64,000 nt of DNA from contig JBNRSN020000031.1 in NCBI GenBank assembly GCA_051313645.2, forward strand, positions 5,704,001 to 5,768,000. The letters run 5' to 3'. The stretch's first letter is position 1. Every line of letters begins with the position of its first letter. Shown one piece after another: positions 1 through 15,000 of the stretch. This DNA comes from Centroscyllium fabricii. Lineage: Eukaryota. The notes beneath the pieces are model-generated. The model made no database searches, was not told where the DNA came from, and saw only the letters and a program-made list of their open reading frames with translations. A program made the position numbers and the translations under genes.

Positions 1-3000
1 TCACGTAATCACATGCTGAATTATCAATGGACCAAAGGCATCTGTAAGGAATACCTATTATATTCAAGTAATCACTTGTTGAGATATCATTGGCCCACAG
101 GCATCTGGAAGGACTTCCTATTATATTCACGTAATCACATGCTGAATTATCATTGGACCAAAGGCATCTGTAAGGTCTACCTATTATATTCACGTAATCA
201 CATGCTGAGTTATCATTGGCCCACTGGCATCTGTAAGGACTACTATTGTATTCACTTAACCACATGCTGAGTTATCATTCGCCGCAGGCATCTGTAAGGA
301 CTACCCATTATATTCACGTAATCACATGCTGAGTTATCATTGGCCCACAGTCATCTGTAAGGACTACTATTGTATTCACGTAATCAAATGCTGAGTTATC
401 ATTGGCCCACAGGCATCTGTAAGGACGTCCTATTATATTCACGTAATCACATGCTGAGTTATCATTGGCCCACAGGCATCTGTAAGGACTACCTATTATA
501 TTCACGTAATCACATGCTGAATTATCATTGGCCCACAGTCATCTGTAAGGACTACCTATTATATTCACGTAATCACATGCTGAGTTATCATTGGCCCACA
601 GGCATCTGTAAGGACTACCTATTATATTCACGTAATCCAAGCTGAGATATCATTGGCCCACAGGCATCTGTAAGGACTACCGATTATATTCACGTAATCA
701 CATGCTAAGTTATCATTGGCCCACAGGCATCTGTAAGGACTACCTATTATATTCACGTAATCACATGCTGAGTTATCAATGGCCCACAGGCATCTGTAAC
801 GACTACCTGTTATATTCACGTAATCACATGCTGAGTTATCATTGGCCCACAGGCATTTGTAAGGACTACCTATTATATTCACGGAATCACATGCTGAGAT
901 ATCATTGGCCAACAGGCATCTGTAAGGACTACCTATTATATTCACGTAATCACATGCTGAATTATCATTGGCCCACAGGCATCAGTAAGGACTACCTATT
1001 ATATTCACGTAATTACTTGCTGAGTTATCATTGGCCCACAGGCATCTGTAAGGACGACATATTATATTCACGTAATCACATGCTGAGATATCATTGGCCC
1101 ACAGGCATCTGTAAGGACTACCTATTATATTCACGTAATCACATGCTGAGTTATCATTGGCCCACAGGCATCTGGAAGGACTATCTATTATATTCACGTA
1201 ATCACATGCTGAATTATCATTGGACCAAAGGCATCTGTAAGGACGACTATTGTATTCACGTAATCACATGCTGAGATATCATTGGCCCACAGGCATCTGT
1301 AAGGACTACCTATTATAATTACGTAATCACATGCTGAGTTATCATTGGCCCACAGGCTTTGTTAAGGACTACCTATTATATTCACGTAATCACATGCTGA
1401 ATTATCATTGGACCAAAGGCATCTGTAAGGAATACCTATTATATTCAAGTAATCACTTGTTGAGTTATCATTGGCCCACCTGCATCTGGAAGGACTTCCT
1501 ATTATATTCACGTAATCACATGCTGAATTATCATTGGACCAAAGGCATCTGTAAGGTCTACCTATTATATTCACGTAATCACATGCTGAGTTATCATTGG
1601 CCCACTGGCATCTGTAAGGACTACTATTGTATTCACTTAACCACATGCTGAGTTTCATTGGCCGCAGGCATCTGTAAGGACTACCCATTATATTCACGTA
1701 ATCACATGCTGAGATATCATTGGCCCACAGTCATCTGTAAGGACTACTATTGTATTCAAGTAATCAAATGCTGAGTTATCATTGGCCCACAGGCATCTGT
1801 AAGGACGTCCTATTATATTCACGTAATCACATGCTGAGTTATCATTGGCCCACAGGCATCTGTAAGGACTACCTATTATATTCACGTAATCACGTGCTGA
1901 ATTATCATTGGCCCACAGTCATCTGTAAGGACTACCTATTATATTCACGTAATCACATGCTGAGTTATCATTGGCCCACAGGCATCTGTAAGGACTACCT
2001 ATTATATTCACGTAATCCAAGCTGAGATATCATTGGCCCACAGGCATCTGTAAGGACTACCGATTATATTCACATAATCACATGCTAAGTTATCATTGGC
2101 CCACAGGCATCTGTAAGGACTACCAATTACATTCACGTAATCACATGCTGAGTTATCAATGGCCCACAGGCATCTGTAAGGACTACCTGTTATATTCACG
2201 TAATCACATGCTGAGTTATCATTGGCCCACAGGCATTTGTAAGGACTACCTATTATATTCACGGAATCACATGCTGAGATATCATTGGCCAACAGGCATC
2301 TGTAAGGACTACATATTATATTCACGTAATCACATGCTGAATTATCATTGGCCCACAGGCATCAGTAAGGACTACCTATTATATTCACGTAATTACATGC
2401 TGAGTTATCATTGGCCCACAGGCATCTGTAAGGACGACATATTATATTCACGTAATCACATGCTGAGATATCATTGGCCCACAGGCATCTGTAAGGACTA
2501 CCTATTATATTCACGTAATCACATGCTAAGTTATCATTGGCCCACAGGCATCTGTAAGGACTACCTATTATATTCACATAATCACATGCTGCGTTATCAT
2601 TGGCCCGCAAGCATCTGTAAGGACTACCTATTATATTCACATAATCACATGCTGAGTTATCATTGGCCCACAGGCATCTGTAAGGACAACTATTATATTC
2701 AAGTAATCTCATGCTGAATTATCATTGGACCACAGGCATTTGTAAGGACTACCTATTATATTCACGTAATCACATGCTGAGTTATTATTGGCCCACAGGC
2801 ATCTGTAAGGGCTACCTATTTTATTCAAATAATCACATGCTGAGTTATCATCGGCCACAGGCATCTGTAAGGACTACCTATTATATTCACGTAACCAAAT
2901 GCTGAGTTTTCATTGGCCCACAGGCATCTGTAAGGACTACCTATTATATTCAGGTAATCTCATGCTGAATTATGATTGGCCCACAGGCATCTATAAGGAC

Positions 3001-6000
3001 TACCTATTATATTCACGTAATCACATGCTGAGTTATCATTGGCCCACAGGCATCTGAAAGGACTACCTGTTATATTCACGTAATCACATGCTGAGTAACA
3101 TTCGCCAACAGGCATTTGTAAGGACTACCTATTATATTCACGTATTCACATGCTGAGTTATCATTGGCCCAGAGGCATCTGTAAGGACTACCTATTATAT
3201 TCACGTAATCACATGCTGAGTTATCATTGGCCAACAGGCATCTGTAAGGACTACCTATTATATTCACGTAATCATATGCTGAGTTATCATCGGCCAACAG
3301 ACATCTGTAAGGACAACCTATTGTATTCAAGTAATCACATGATGAGTTATCATTGGCCCACAGGCATCTGTAAGGACTACCTATTATATTCACATAATCA
3401 CATGCTGAGTTATCATTGGCTCACAGGTATCTGTAAGGACTACCTATTTTATTCAAGTAATCACATGCTGAGTTATCATTGGCCCACAGGCATCTGGAAG
3501 GACTACCTATTATATTCACGTAATCACATGCTGAATTATCATTGGACCAAAGGCATCTGTAAGGACAGCCTATTATATTCAGGTAATCACATGTTGAGTT
3601 ATCATTGGCCCACAGGCATCTGTAAGGACTACTTATTATATTCACGTAATCACATGCTGAGTTATCATTGGCCCACAGGCATCTGGAAGGACTACCTATT
3701 ATATTCACGTAATCACATGCTGAGTTATCATTGGCCCAGAGGCATCTGTAAGGACTACCTATTATATTCACGTAACCAAATGCTGAGTTTTCATTGGCCC
3801 ACAGGCATCTGTAAGGACTACCTATTATATTCACGTAATCACATGCTGAGTTATCAATGGCCCACAGGCATCTGTAACGACTACCTGTTATATTCACGTA
3901 ATCACATGCTGAGTTATCATTGGCCCACAGGCATTTGTAAGGACTACCTATTATATTCACGGAATCACATGCTGAGTTATCATTGGCCCACAGGCATCTG
4001 GAAGGACTATCTATTATATTCACGTAATCACATGCTGAATTATCATTAGACCAAAGGCATCTGTAAGGACGACTATTGTATTCACGTAATCACATGCTGA
4101 GATATCGTTGGCCCACAGGCATCTGTAAGGACTACCTATTATAATTACGTAATCACATGCTGAGTTATCATTGGCCCACAGGCTTTGATAAGGACTACCT
4201 ATTATATTCACGTAATCACATGCTGAATTATCATTGGACCAAAGGCATCTGTAAGGAATACCTATTATATTCAAGTAATCACTTGTTGAGTTATCATTGG
4301 CCCACCTGCATCTGGAAGGACTTCCTATTATATTCACGTAATCACATGCTGAATTATCATTGGACCAAAGGCATCTGTAAGGTCTACCTATTATATTCAC
4401 GTAATCACATGCTGAGTTATCATTGGCCCACTGGCATCTGTAAGGACTACTATTGTATTCACTTAACCAAATGCTGAGTTTCATTGGCCGCAGGCATCTG
4501 TAAGGACTACCCATTATATTCACGTAATCACATGCTGAGTTATCATTGGCCCACAGTCATCTGTAAGGACTACTATTGTATTCACGTAATCAAATGCTGA
4601 GTTATCATTGGCCCACAGGCATCTGTAAGGACGTCCTATTATATTCACGTAATCACATGCTTAGTTATCATTGGCCCACAGGCATCTGTAAGGACTACCT
4701 ATTATATTCACGTAATCACATGCTGAATTATCATTGGCCCACAGACATCTGTAAGGTTTACCTATTATATTCACGTAATCACATGCTGAGTTATCATTGG
4801 CCCACAGGCATCTGTAAGGACTACCTATTATATTCACGTAATCCAAGCTGAGATATCATTGGCCCACAGGCATCTGTAAGGACTACCGATTATATTCACG
4901 TAATCACATGCTAAGTTATCATTGGCCCACAGGCATCTGTAAGGACTACCTGTTATATTCACGTAATCACATGCTGAGTTATCATTGGCCCACAGGCATT
5001 TGTAAGGACTACCTATTATATTCACGGAATCACATGCTGAGATATCATTGGCCAACAGGCATCTGTAAGGACTACCTATTATATTCACGTAATCACATGC
5101 TGAATTATCATTGGCCCACAGGCATCAGTAAGGACTACCTATTATATTCACGTAATTACATGCTGAGTTATCATTGGCCCACAGGCATCTGTAAGGACGA
5201 CATATTATATTCACGTAATCACATGCTGAGATATCATTGGCCCACAGGCATCTGTAAGGACTACCTATTATATTCACGTAATCACATGCTAAGTTATCAT
5301 TGGCCCACAGGCATCTGTAAGGACTACCTATTATATTCACATAATCACATGCTGCGTTATCATTGGCCCGCAAGCATCTGTAAGGACTACCTATTATATT
5401 CACATAATCACATGCTGAGTTATCATTGGCCCACAGGCATCTGTAAGGGCAACTATTATATTCACGTAATCTCATGCTGAATTATCATTGGACCACAGGC
5501 ATTTGTAAGGACTACCTATTATATTCACGTAATCACATGCTGAGTTATTATTGGCCCACAGGCATCTGTAAGGACTACCTATAATTTTCAAGTAATCACA
5601 TGATGAGTTATCATATGCCCACAGGCATCTGTAAGGGCTTCCTAGTATATTCCCGTAATAATATGCTGAGTTATCATTGCCCACAGGCATCTGTAATGAC
5701 TACCTATTATATTCACGTAACCAAATGCTGAATTTTCATTGGCCCACAGGCATCTGTAAGGACTACCTATTATATTCAGGTAATCTCATGCTGAATTATG
5801 ATTGGCCCACAGGCATCTATAAGGACTACCTATTATATTCACGTAATCACATGCTGAGTTATCATTGGCCCACAGGCATCTGAAAGGACTACCTGTTATA
5901 TTCACGTAATCACATGCTGAGTACCATTCGCCAACAGGCATTTGTAAGGACTACCTATTATATTCACGTATTCACATGCTGAGTTATCATTGGCCCAGAG

Positions 6001-9000
6001 GCATCTGTAAGGACTACCTATTATATTCACGTAATCACATGCTGAGTTATCATTGGCCAACAGGCATCTGTAAGGACTACCTATTATATTCACGTAAACA
6101 TATGCTGAGTTATCATCGGCCAACAGACATCTGTAAGGACAACCTATTGTATTCAAGTAATCACATGATGAGTTATCATTGGCCCACAGGCATCTGTAAG
6201 GACTACCTATTATATTCACATAATCACATGCTGAGTTATCATTGGCTCACAGGTATCTGTAAGGACTACCTATTTTATTCAAGTAATCACATGCTGAGTT
6301 ATCATTGGCCCACAGGCATCTGGAAGGACTACCTATTATATTCACGTAATCACATGCTGAATTATCATTGGACCAAAGGCATCTGTAAGGACAGCCTATT
6401 ATATTCAGGTAATCACATGTTGAGTTATCATTGGCCCACAGGCATCTGTAAGGACTACTTATTATATTCACGTAATCACATGCTGAGTTATCATTGGCCC
6501 ACAGGCATCTGGAAGGACTACCTATTATATTCACGTAATCACATGCTGAGTTATCATTGGCCCACAGGCATCTGTAAGGACTACCTATTATATTCACGTA
6601 ATCACATGCTGAATTATCATTGGCCCAGAGGCATCTGTAAGGATTACCTATTATATTCACGTAATCACATGCTGAGTTATCATTGGCCCGCAGGCATCTG
6701 TAAGGACTATCTATTATATTCACGTAATCACATGCTGAGTTATCATTGGCCACAGGCATCTGTAAAGACTACCTATTATATTCACGTAATCACATGCTGA
6801 GTTATCATTGGCACACAGGCATCTGTAAGGACTGCCTTTTATATTCACATAATCACATGCTGAATTATCATTGACCCACAGGCATCTGTAAGGACAACCT
6901 GTTATATTCACGTAATCACATGCTGAGTTATCATTGGCCCACAGGCATCTGTAAGGACTACCTATTATATTCACGTAATCACATGCTGAGATATCATTGG
7001 CCCACAGGCATCTGTAAGGACTACCTATTATATTCACGTAATCACATGCTGAGTTATCATTGGCCCACAGGCATCTGTAAGGACTACCTATTATATTCAC
7101 GTAATCACATGCTGAATTATCATTGGCCCACAGTCATCTGCAAGGACTACCTATTATATTCACGTAATCACATGCTGAGTTATCATTGGCCCACAGGCAT
7201 CTGTAAGGACTACCTATTATATTCACGTAATCCAAGCTGAGATATCATTGGCCCACAGGCATCAGTAAGGAATACCGATTATATTCACGTAATCACATGC
7301 TAAGCTATCATTGGCCCACAGGCATCTGTAAGGACTACTTATTATATTCACGTAATCACATGCTGAATTATCATTGGCCCACAGGCATCTGTAAGGACTA
7401 CCTATTATATTCACGTAATCACATGCTGAGTTATCATTGGCCCACAGGCATCTGTAAGGAATACCTATTATATTCACGTAATCACATGCTGAGTTATCAT
7501 TGGCCCACTGGCATCTGGAAGGACTACCTATTATATTCACGTAATCACATGCTGAATTATCATTGGACCAAAGTCATCTGTAAGGACTACTATTGTATTC
7601 ACGTAATCACATGCTGAGTTAACATTGGCCCACAGGCATCTCTAAGGACTACCTATTATATTTACGTAATCACATGCTGAGTTATCATTGGCCAACAGGC
7701 ACCTGGAAGGACTACCTTTTATATTCACGTAATCACATGCTGAGTTATCATTGGCCCACAGGCATCTGGAAGAACTACCAATTATATTCACGTAATCACA
7801 TGCTGAATTATCATTGGACCAAAGGCATCTGTAAGGACTACCTATTATATTCACGTAATCACATGTTGAGTTATCATTGGCCCACAGGAATCTGTAAGGA
7901 CTACCTATTAAATTCACGTAATCACAAGCTGAATTATCATTGCCCACAGGCATCTCTAAGGACTACCTATTATATTCACGTAATCACATGCTGAGTTATC
8001 ATTGGCCCACTGGCATCTGTAAGGACTACTATTGTATTCACTTAAACACATGCTGAGTTATCATTGGCCGCAGGCGTCTGTAAGGACTACCTATTATATT
8101 CACGTAATCACATGCTGAGATGTCATTGGCCCACAGGCATCTGTATGGACCACCTGTTATATTCATGTAATCACATGCTGAGTTATCATTGGCCCACAGG
8201 CATCTGTAAGGACTACCTATTATATTCACGTAATCACATGCTGAGTTATCATTGGCCCACAGGCATCTGGAAGGACTACCTATTATATTCACGTAATCAC
8301 ATGCTGAATTATCAATGGACCAAAGGCATCTGTAAGGAATACCTATTATATTCAAGTAATCACTTGTTGAGTTATCATTGGCCCACAGGCATCTGGAAGG
8401 ACTTCCTATTATATTCACGTAATCACATGCTGAATTATCATTGGACCAAAGGCATCTGTAAGGTCTACCTATTATATTCACGTAATCACATGCTGAGTTA
8501 TCATTGGCCCACTGGCATCTGTAAGGACTACTATTGTATTCACTTAACCACATGCTGAGTTATCATTCGCCGCAGGCATCTGTAAGGACTACCCATTATA
8601 TTCACGTAATCACATGCTGAGTTATCATTGGCCCACAGTCATCTGTAAGGACTACTATTGTATTTACGTAATCAAATGCTGAGTTATCATTGGCCCACAG
8701 GCATCTGTAAGGACGTCCTATTATATTCACGTAATCACATGCTGAGTTATCATTGGCCCACAGGCATCTGTAAGGACTACCTATTATATTCACGTAATCA
8801 CATGCTGAATTATCATTGGCCCACAGTCATCTGTAAGGACTACCTATTATATTCACGTAATCACATGCTGAGTTATCATTGGCCCACAGGCATCTGTAAG
8901 GACTACCTATTATATTCACGTAATCCAAGCTGAGATATCATTGGCCCACAGGCATCTGTAAGGACTACCGATTATATTCACGTAATCACATGCTAAGTTA

Positions 9001-12000
9001 TCATTGGCCCACAGGCATCTGTAAGGACTACCTATTATATTCACGTAATCACATGCTGAGTTATCAATGGCCCACAGGCATCTGTAACGACTACCTGTTA
9101 TATTCACGTAATCACATGCTGAGTTATCATTGGCCCACAGGCATTTGTAAGGACTACCTATTATATTCACGGAATCACATGCTGAGATATCATTGGCCAA
9201 CAGGCATCTGTAAGGACTACCTATTATATTCACGTAATCACATGCTGAATTATCATTGGCCCACAGGCATCAGTAAGGACTACCTATTATATTCACGTAA
9301 TTACTTGCTGAGTTATCATTGGCCCACAGGCATCTGTAAGGACGACATATTATATTCACGTAATCACATGCTGAGATATCATTGGCCCACAGGCATCTGT
9401 AAGGACTACCTATTATATTCACGTAATCACATGCTGAGTTATCATTGGCCCACAGGCATCTGGAAGGACTATCTATTATATTCACGTAATCACATGCTGA
9501 ATTATCATTGGACCAAAGGCATCTGTAAGGACGACTATTGTATTCACGTAATCACATGCTGAGATATCATTGGCCCACAGGCATCTGTAAGGACTACCTA
9601 TTATAATTACGTAATCACATGCTGAGTTATCATTGGCCCACAGGCTTTGTTAAGGACTACCTATTATATTCACGTAATCACATGCTGAATTATCATTGGA
9701 CCAAAGGCATCTGTAAGGAATACCTATTATATTCAAGTAATCACTTGTTGAGTTATCATTGGCCCACCTGCATCTGGAAGGACTTCCTATTATATTCACG
9801 TAATCACATGCTGAATTATCATTGGACCAAAGGCATCTGTAAGGTCTACCTATTATATTCACGTAATCACATGCTGAGTTATCATTGGCCCACTGGCATC
9901 TGTAAGGACTACTATTGTATTCACTTAACCACATGCTGAGTTTCATTGGCCGCAGGCATCTGTAAGGACTACCCATTATATTCACGTAATCACATGCTGA
10001 GTTATCATTGGCCCACAGTCATCTGTAAGGACTAATAATTGTATTCACGTAATCAAATGCTGAGTTATCATTGGCCCACAGGCATCTGTAAGGACGTCCT
10101 ATTATATTCACGTAATCACATGCTGAGTTATCATTGGCCCACAGGCATCTGTAAGGACTACCTATTATATTCACGTAATCACATGCTGAATTATCATTGG
10201 CCCACAGTCATCTGTAAGGACTACCTATTATATTCACGTAATCACATGCTGAGTTATCATTGGCCCACAGGCATCTGTAAGGACTACCTATTATATTCAC
10301 GTAATCCAAGCTGAGATATCATTGGCCCACAGGCATCTGTAAGGACTACCGATTATATTCACATAATCACATGCTAAGTTATCATTGGCCCACAGGCATC
10401 TGTAAGGACTACCAATTACATTCACGTAATCACATGCTGAGTTATCAATGGCCCACAGGCATCTGTAAGGACTACCTGTTATATTCACGTAATCACATGC
10501 TGAGTTATCATTGGCCCACAGGCATTTGTAAGGACTACCTATTATATTCACGGAATCACATGCTGAGATATCATTGGCCAACAGGCATCTGTAAGGACTA
10601 CCTATTATATTCACGTAATCACATGCTGAATTATCATTGGCCCACAGGCATCAGTAAGGACTACCTATTATATTCACGTAATTACATGCTGAGTTATCAT
10701 TGGCCCACAGGCATCTGTAAGGACGACATATTATATTCACGTAATCACATGCTGAGATATCATTGGCCCACAGGCATCTGTAAGGACTACCTATTATATT
10801 CACGTAATCACATGCTAAGTTATCATTGGCCCACAGGCATCTGTAAGGACTACCTATTATATTCACATAATCACATGCTGCGTTATCATTGGCCCGCAAG
10901 CATCTGTAAGGACTACCTATTATATTCACATAATCACATGCTGAGTTATCATTGGCCCACAGGCATCTGTAAGGACAACTATTATATTCAAGTAATCTCA
11001 TGCTGAATTATCATTGGACCACAGGCATTTGTAAGGACTACCTATTATATTCACGTAATCACATGCTGAGTTATTATTGGCCCACAGGCATCTGTAAGGG
11101 CTACCTATTTTATTCAAATAATCACATGCTGAGTTATCATCGGCCACAGGCATCTGTAAGGACTACCTATTATATTCACGTAACCAAATGCTGAGTTTTC
11201 ATTGGCCCACAGGCATCTGTAAGGACTACCTATTATATTCAGGTAATCTCATGCTGAATTATGATTGGCCCACAGGCATCTATAAGGACTACCTATTATA
11301 TTCACGTAATCACATGCTGAGTTATCATTGGCCCACAGGCATCTGAAAGGACTACCTGTTATATTCACGTAATCACATGCTGAGTAACATTCGCCAACAG
11401 GCATTTGTAAGGACTACCTATTATATTCACGTATTCACATGCTGAGTTATCATTGGCCCAGAGGCATCTGTAAGGACTACCTATTATATTCACGTAATCA
11501 CATGCTGAGTTATCATTGGCCAACAGGCATCTGTAAGGACTACCTATTATATTCACGTAATCATATGCTGAGTTATCATCGGCCAACAGACATCTGTAAG
11601 GACAACCTATTGTATTCAAGTAATCACATGATGAGTTATCATTGGCCCACAGGCATCTGTAAGGACTACCTATTATATTCACATAATCACATGCTGAGTT
11701 ATCATTGGCTCACAGGTATCTGTAAGGACTACCTATTTTATTCAAGTAATCACATGCTGAGTTATCATTGGCCCACAGGCATCTGGAAGGACTACCTATT
11801 ATATTCACGTAATCACATGCTGAATTATCATTGGACCAAAGGCATCTGTAAGGACAGCCTATTATATTCAGGTAATCACATGTTGAGTTATCATTGGCCC
11901 ACAGGCATCTGTAAGGACTACTTATTATATTCACGTAATCACATGCTGAGTTATCATTGGCCCACAGGCATCTGGAAGGACTACCTATTATATTCACGTA

Positions 12001-15000
12001 ATCACATGCTGAGTTATCATTGGCCCAGAGGCATCTGTAAGGACTACCTATTATATTCACGTAACCAAATGCTGAGTTTTCATTGGCCCACAGGCATCTG
12101 TAAGGACTACCTATTATATTCACGTAATCACATGCTGAGTTATCAATGGCCCACAGGCATCTGTAACGACTACCTGTTATATTCACGTAATCACATGCTG
12201 AGTTATCATTGGCCCACAGGCATTTGTAAGGACTACCTATTATATTCACGGAATCACATGCTGAGTTATCATTGGCCCACAGGCATCTGGAAGGACTATC
12301 TATTATATTCACGTAATCACATGCTGAATTATCATTAGACCAAAGGCATCTGTAAGGACGACTATTGTATTCACGTAATCACATGCTGAGATATCGTTGG
12401 CCCACAGGCATCTGTAAGGACTACCTATTATAATTACGTAATCACATGCTGAGTTATCATTGGCCCAGAGGCTTTGGTAAGGACTACCTATTATATTCAC
12501 GTAATCACATGCTGAATTATCATTGGACCAAAGGCATCTGTAAGGAATACCTATTATATTCAAGTAATCACTTGTTGAGTTATCATTGGCCCACCTGCAT
12601 CTGGAAGGACTTCCTATTATATTCACGTAATCACATGCTGAATTATCATTGGACCAAAGGCATCTGTAAGGTCTACCTATTATATTCACGTAATCACATG
12701 CTGAGTTATCATTGGCCCACTGGCATCTGTAAGGACTACTATTGTATTCACTTAACCAAATGCTGAGTTTCATTGGCCGCAGGCATCTGTAAGGACTACC
12801 CATTATATTCACGTAATCACATGCTGAGTTATCATTGGCCCACAGTCATCTGTAAGAACTACTATTGTATTCACGTAATCAAATGCTGAGTTATCATTGG
12901 CCCACAGGCATCTGTAAGGACGTCCTATTATATTCACGTAATCACATGCTTAGTTATCATTGGCCCACAGGCATCTGTAAGGACTACCTATTATATTCAC
13001 GTAATCACATGCTGAATTATCATTGGCCCACAGACATCTGTAAGGTTTACCTATTATATTCACGTAATCACATGCTGAGTTATCATTGGCCCACAGGCAT
13101 CTGTAAGGACTACCTATTATATTCACGTAATCCAAGCTGAGATATCATTGGCCCACAGGCATCTGTAAGGACTACCGATTATATTCACGTAATCACATGC
13201 TAAGTTATCATTGGCCCACAGGCATCTGTAAGGACTACCTGTTATATTCACGTAATCACATGCTGAGTTATCATTGGCCCACAGGCATTTGTAAGGACTA
13301 CCTATTATATTCACGGAATCACATGCTGAGATATCATTGGCCAACAGGCATCTGTAAGGACTACCTATTATATTCACGTAATCACATGCTGAATTATCAT
13401 TGGCCCACAGGCATCAGTAAGGACTACCTATTATATTCACGTAATTACATGCTGAGTTATCATTGGCCCACAGGCATCTGTAAGGACGACATATTATATT
13501 CACGTAATCACATGCTGAGATATCATTGGCCCACAGGCATCTGTAAGGACTACCTATTATATTCACGTAATCACATGCTAAGTTATCATTGGCCCACAGG
13601 CATCTGTAAGGACTACCTATTATATTCACATAATCACATGCTGCGTTATCATTGGCCCGCAAGCATCTGTAAGGACTACCTATTATATTCACATAATCAC
13701 ATGCTGAGTTATCATTGGCCCACAGGCATCTGTAAGGGCAACTATTATATTCACGTAATCTCATGCTGAATTATCATTGGACCACAGGCATTTGTAAGGA
13801 CTACCTATTATATTCACGTAATCACATGCTGAGTTATTATTGGCCCACAGGCATCTGTAAGGACTACCTATTATTTTCAAGTAATCACATGATGAGTTAT
13901 CATATGCCCACAGGCATCTGTAAGGGCTTCCTAGTATATTCCCGTAATAATATGCTGAGTTATCATTGCCCACAGGCATCTGTAATGACTACCTATTATA
14001 TTCACGTAACCAAATGCTGAATTTTCATTGGCCCACAGGCATCTGTAAGGACTACCTATTATATTCAGGTAATCTCATGCTGAATTATGATTGGCCCACA
14101 GGCATCTATAAGGACTACCTATTATATTCACGTAATCACATGCTGAGTTATCATTGGCCCACAGGCATCTGAAAGGACTACCTGTTATATTCACGTAATC
14201 ACATGCTGAGTACCATTCGCCAACAGGCATTTGTAAGGACTACCTATTATATTCACGTATTCACATGCTGAGTTATCATTGGCCCAGAGGCATCTGTAAG
14301 GACTACCTATTATATTCACGTAATCACATGCTGAGTTATCATTGGCCAACAGGCATCTGTAAGGACTACCTATTATATTCACGTAAACATATGCTGAGTT
14401 ATCATCGGCCAACAGACATGTGTAAGGACAACCTATTGTATTCAAGTAATCACATGATGAGTTATCATTGGCCCACAGGCATCTGTAAGGACTACCTATT
14501 ATATTCACATAATCACATGCTGAGTTATCATTGGCTCACAGGTATCTGTAAGGACTACCTATTTTATTCAAGTAATCACATGCTGAGTTATCATTGGCCC
14601 ACAGGCATCTGGAAGGACTACCTATTATATTCACGTAATCACATGCTGAATTATCATTGGACCAAAGGCATCTGTAAGGACAGCCTATTATATTCAGGTA
14701 ATCACATGTTGAGTTATCATTGGCCCACAGGCATCTGTAAGGACTACTTATTATATTCACGTAATCACATGCTGAGTTATCATTGGCCCACAGGCATCTG
14801 GAAGGACTACCTATTATATTCACGTAATCACATGCTGAGTTATCATTGGCCCACAGGCATCTGTAAGGACTACCTATTATATTCACGTAATCACATGCTG
14901 AATTATCATTGGCCCAGAGGCATCTGTAAGGATTACCTATTATATTCACGTAATCACATGCTGAGTTATCATTGGCCCGCAGGCATCTGTAAGGACTATC

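Noticed and set aside
1-63. Satellite monomer itself as a hammerhead ribozyme, snoRNA or tRNA-derived unit
   Set aside because: No CUGANGA/GAAA pair on either strand, no convincing C/D box pair or pol III A/B boxes, and only a 4-bp hairpin (ACAG-GCAT-CTGT).
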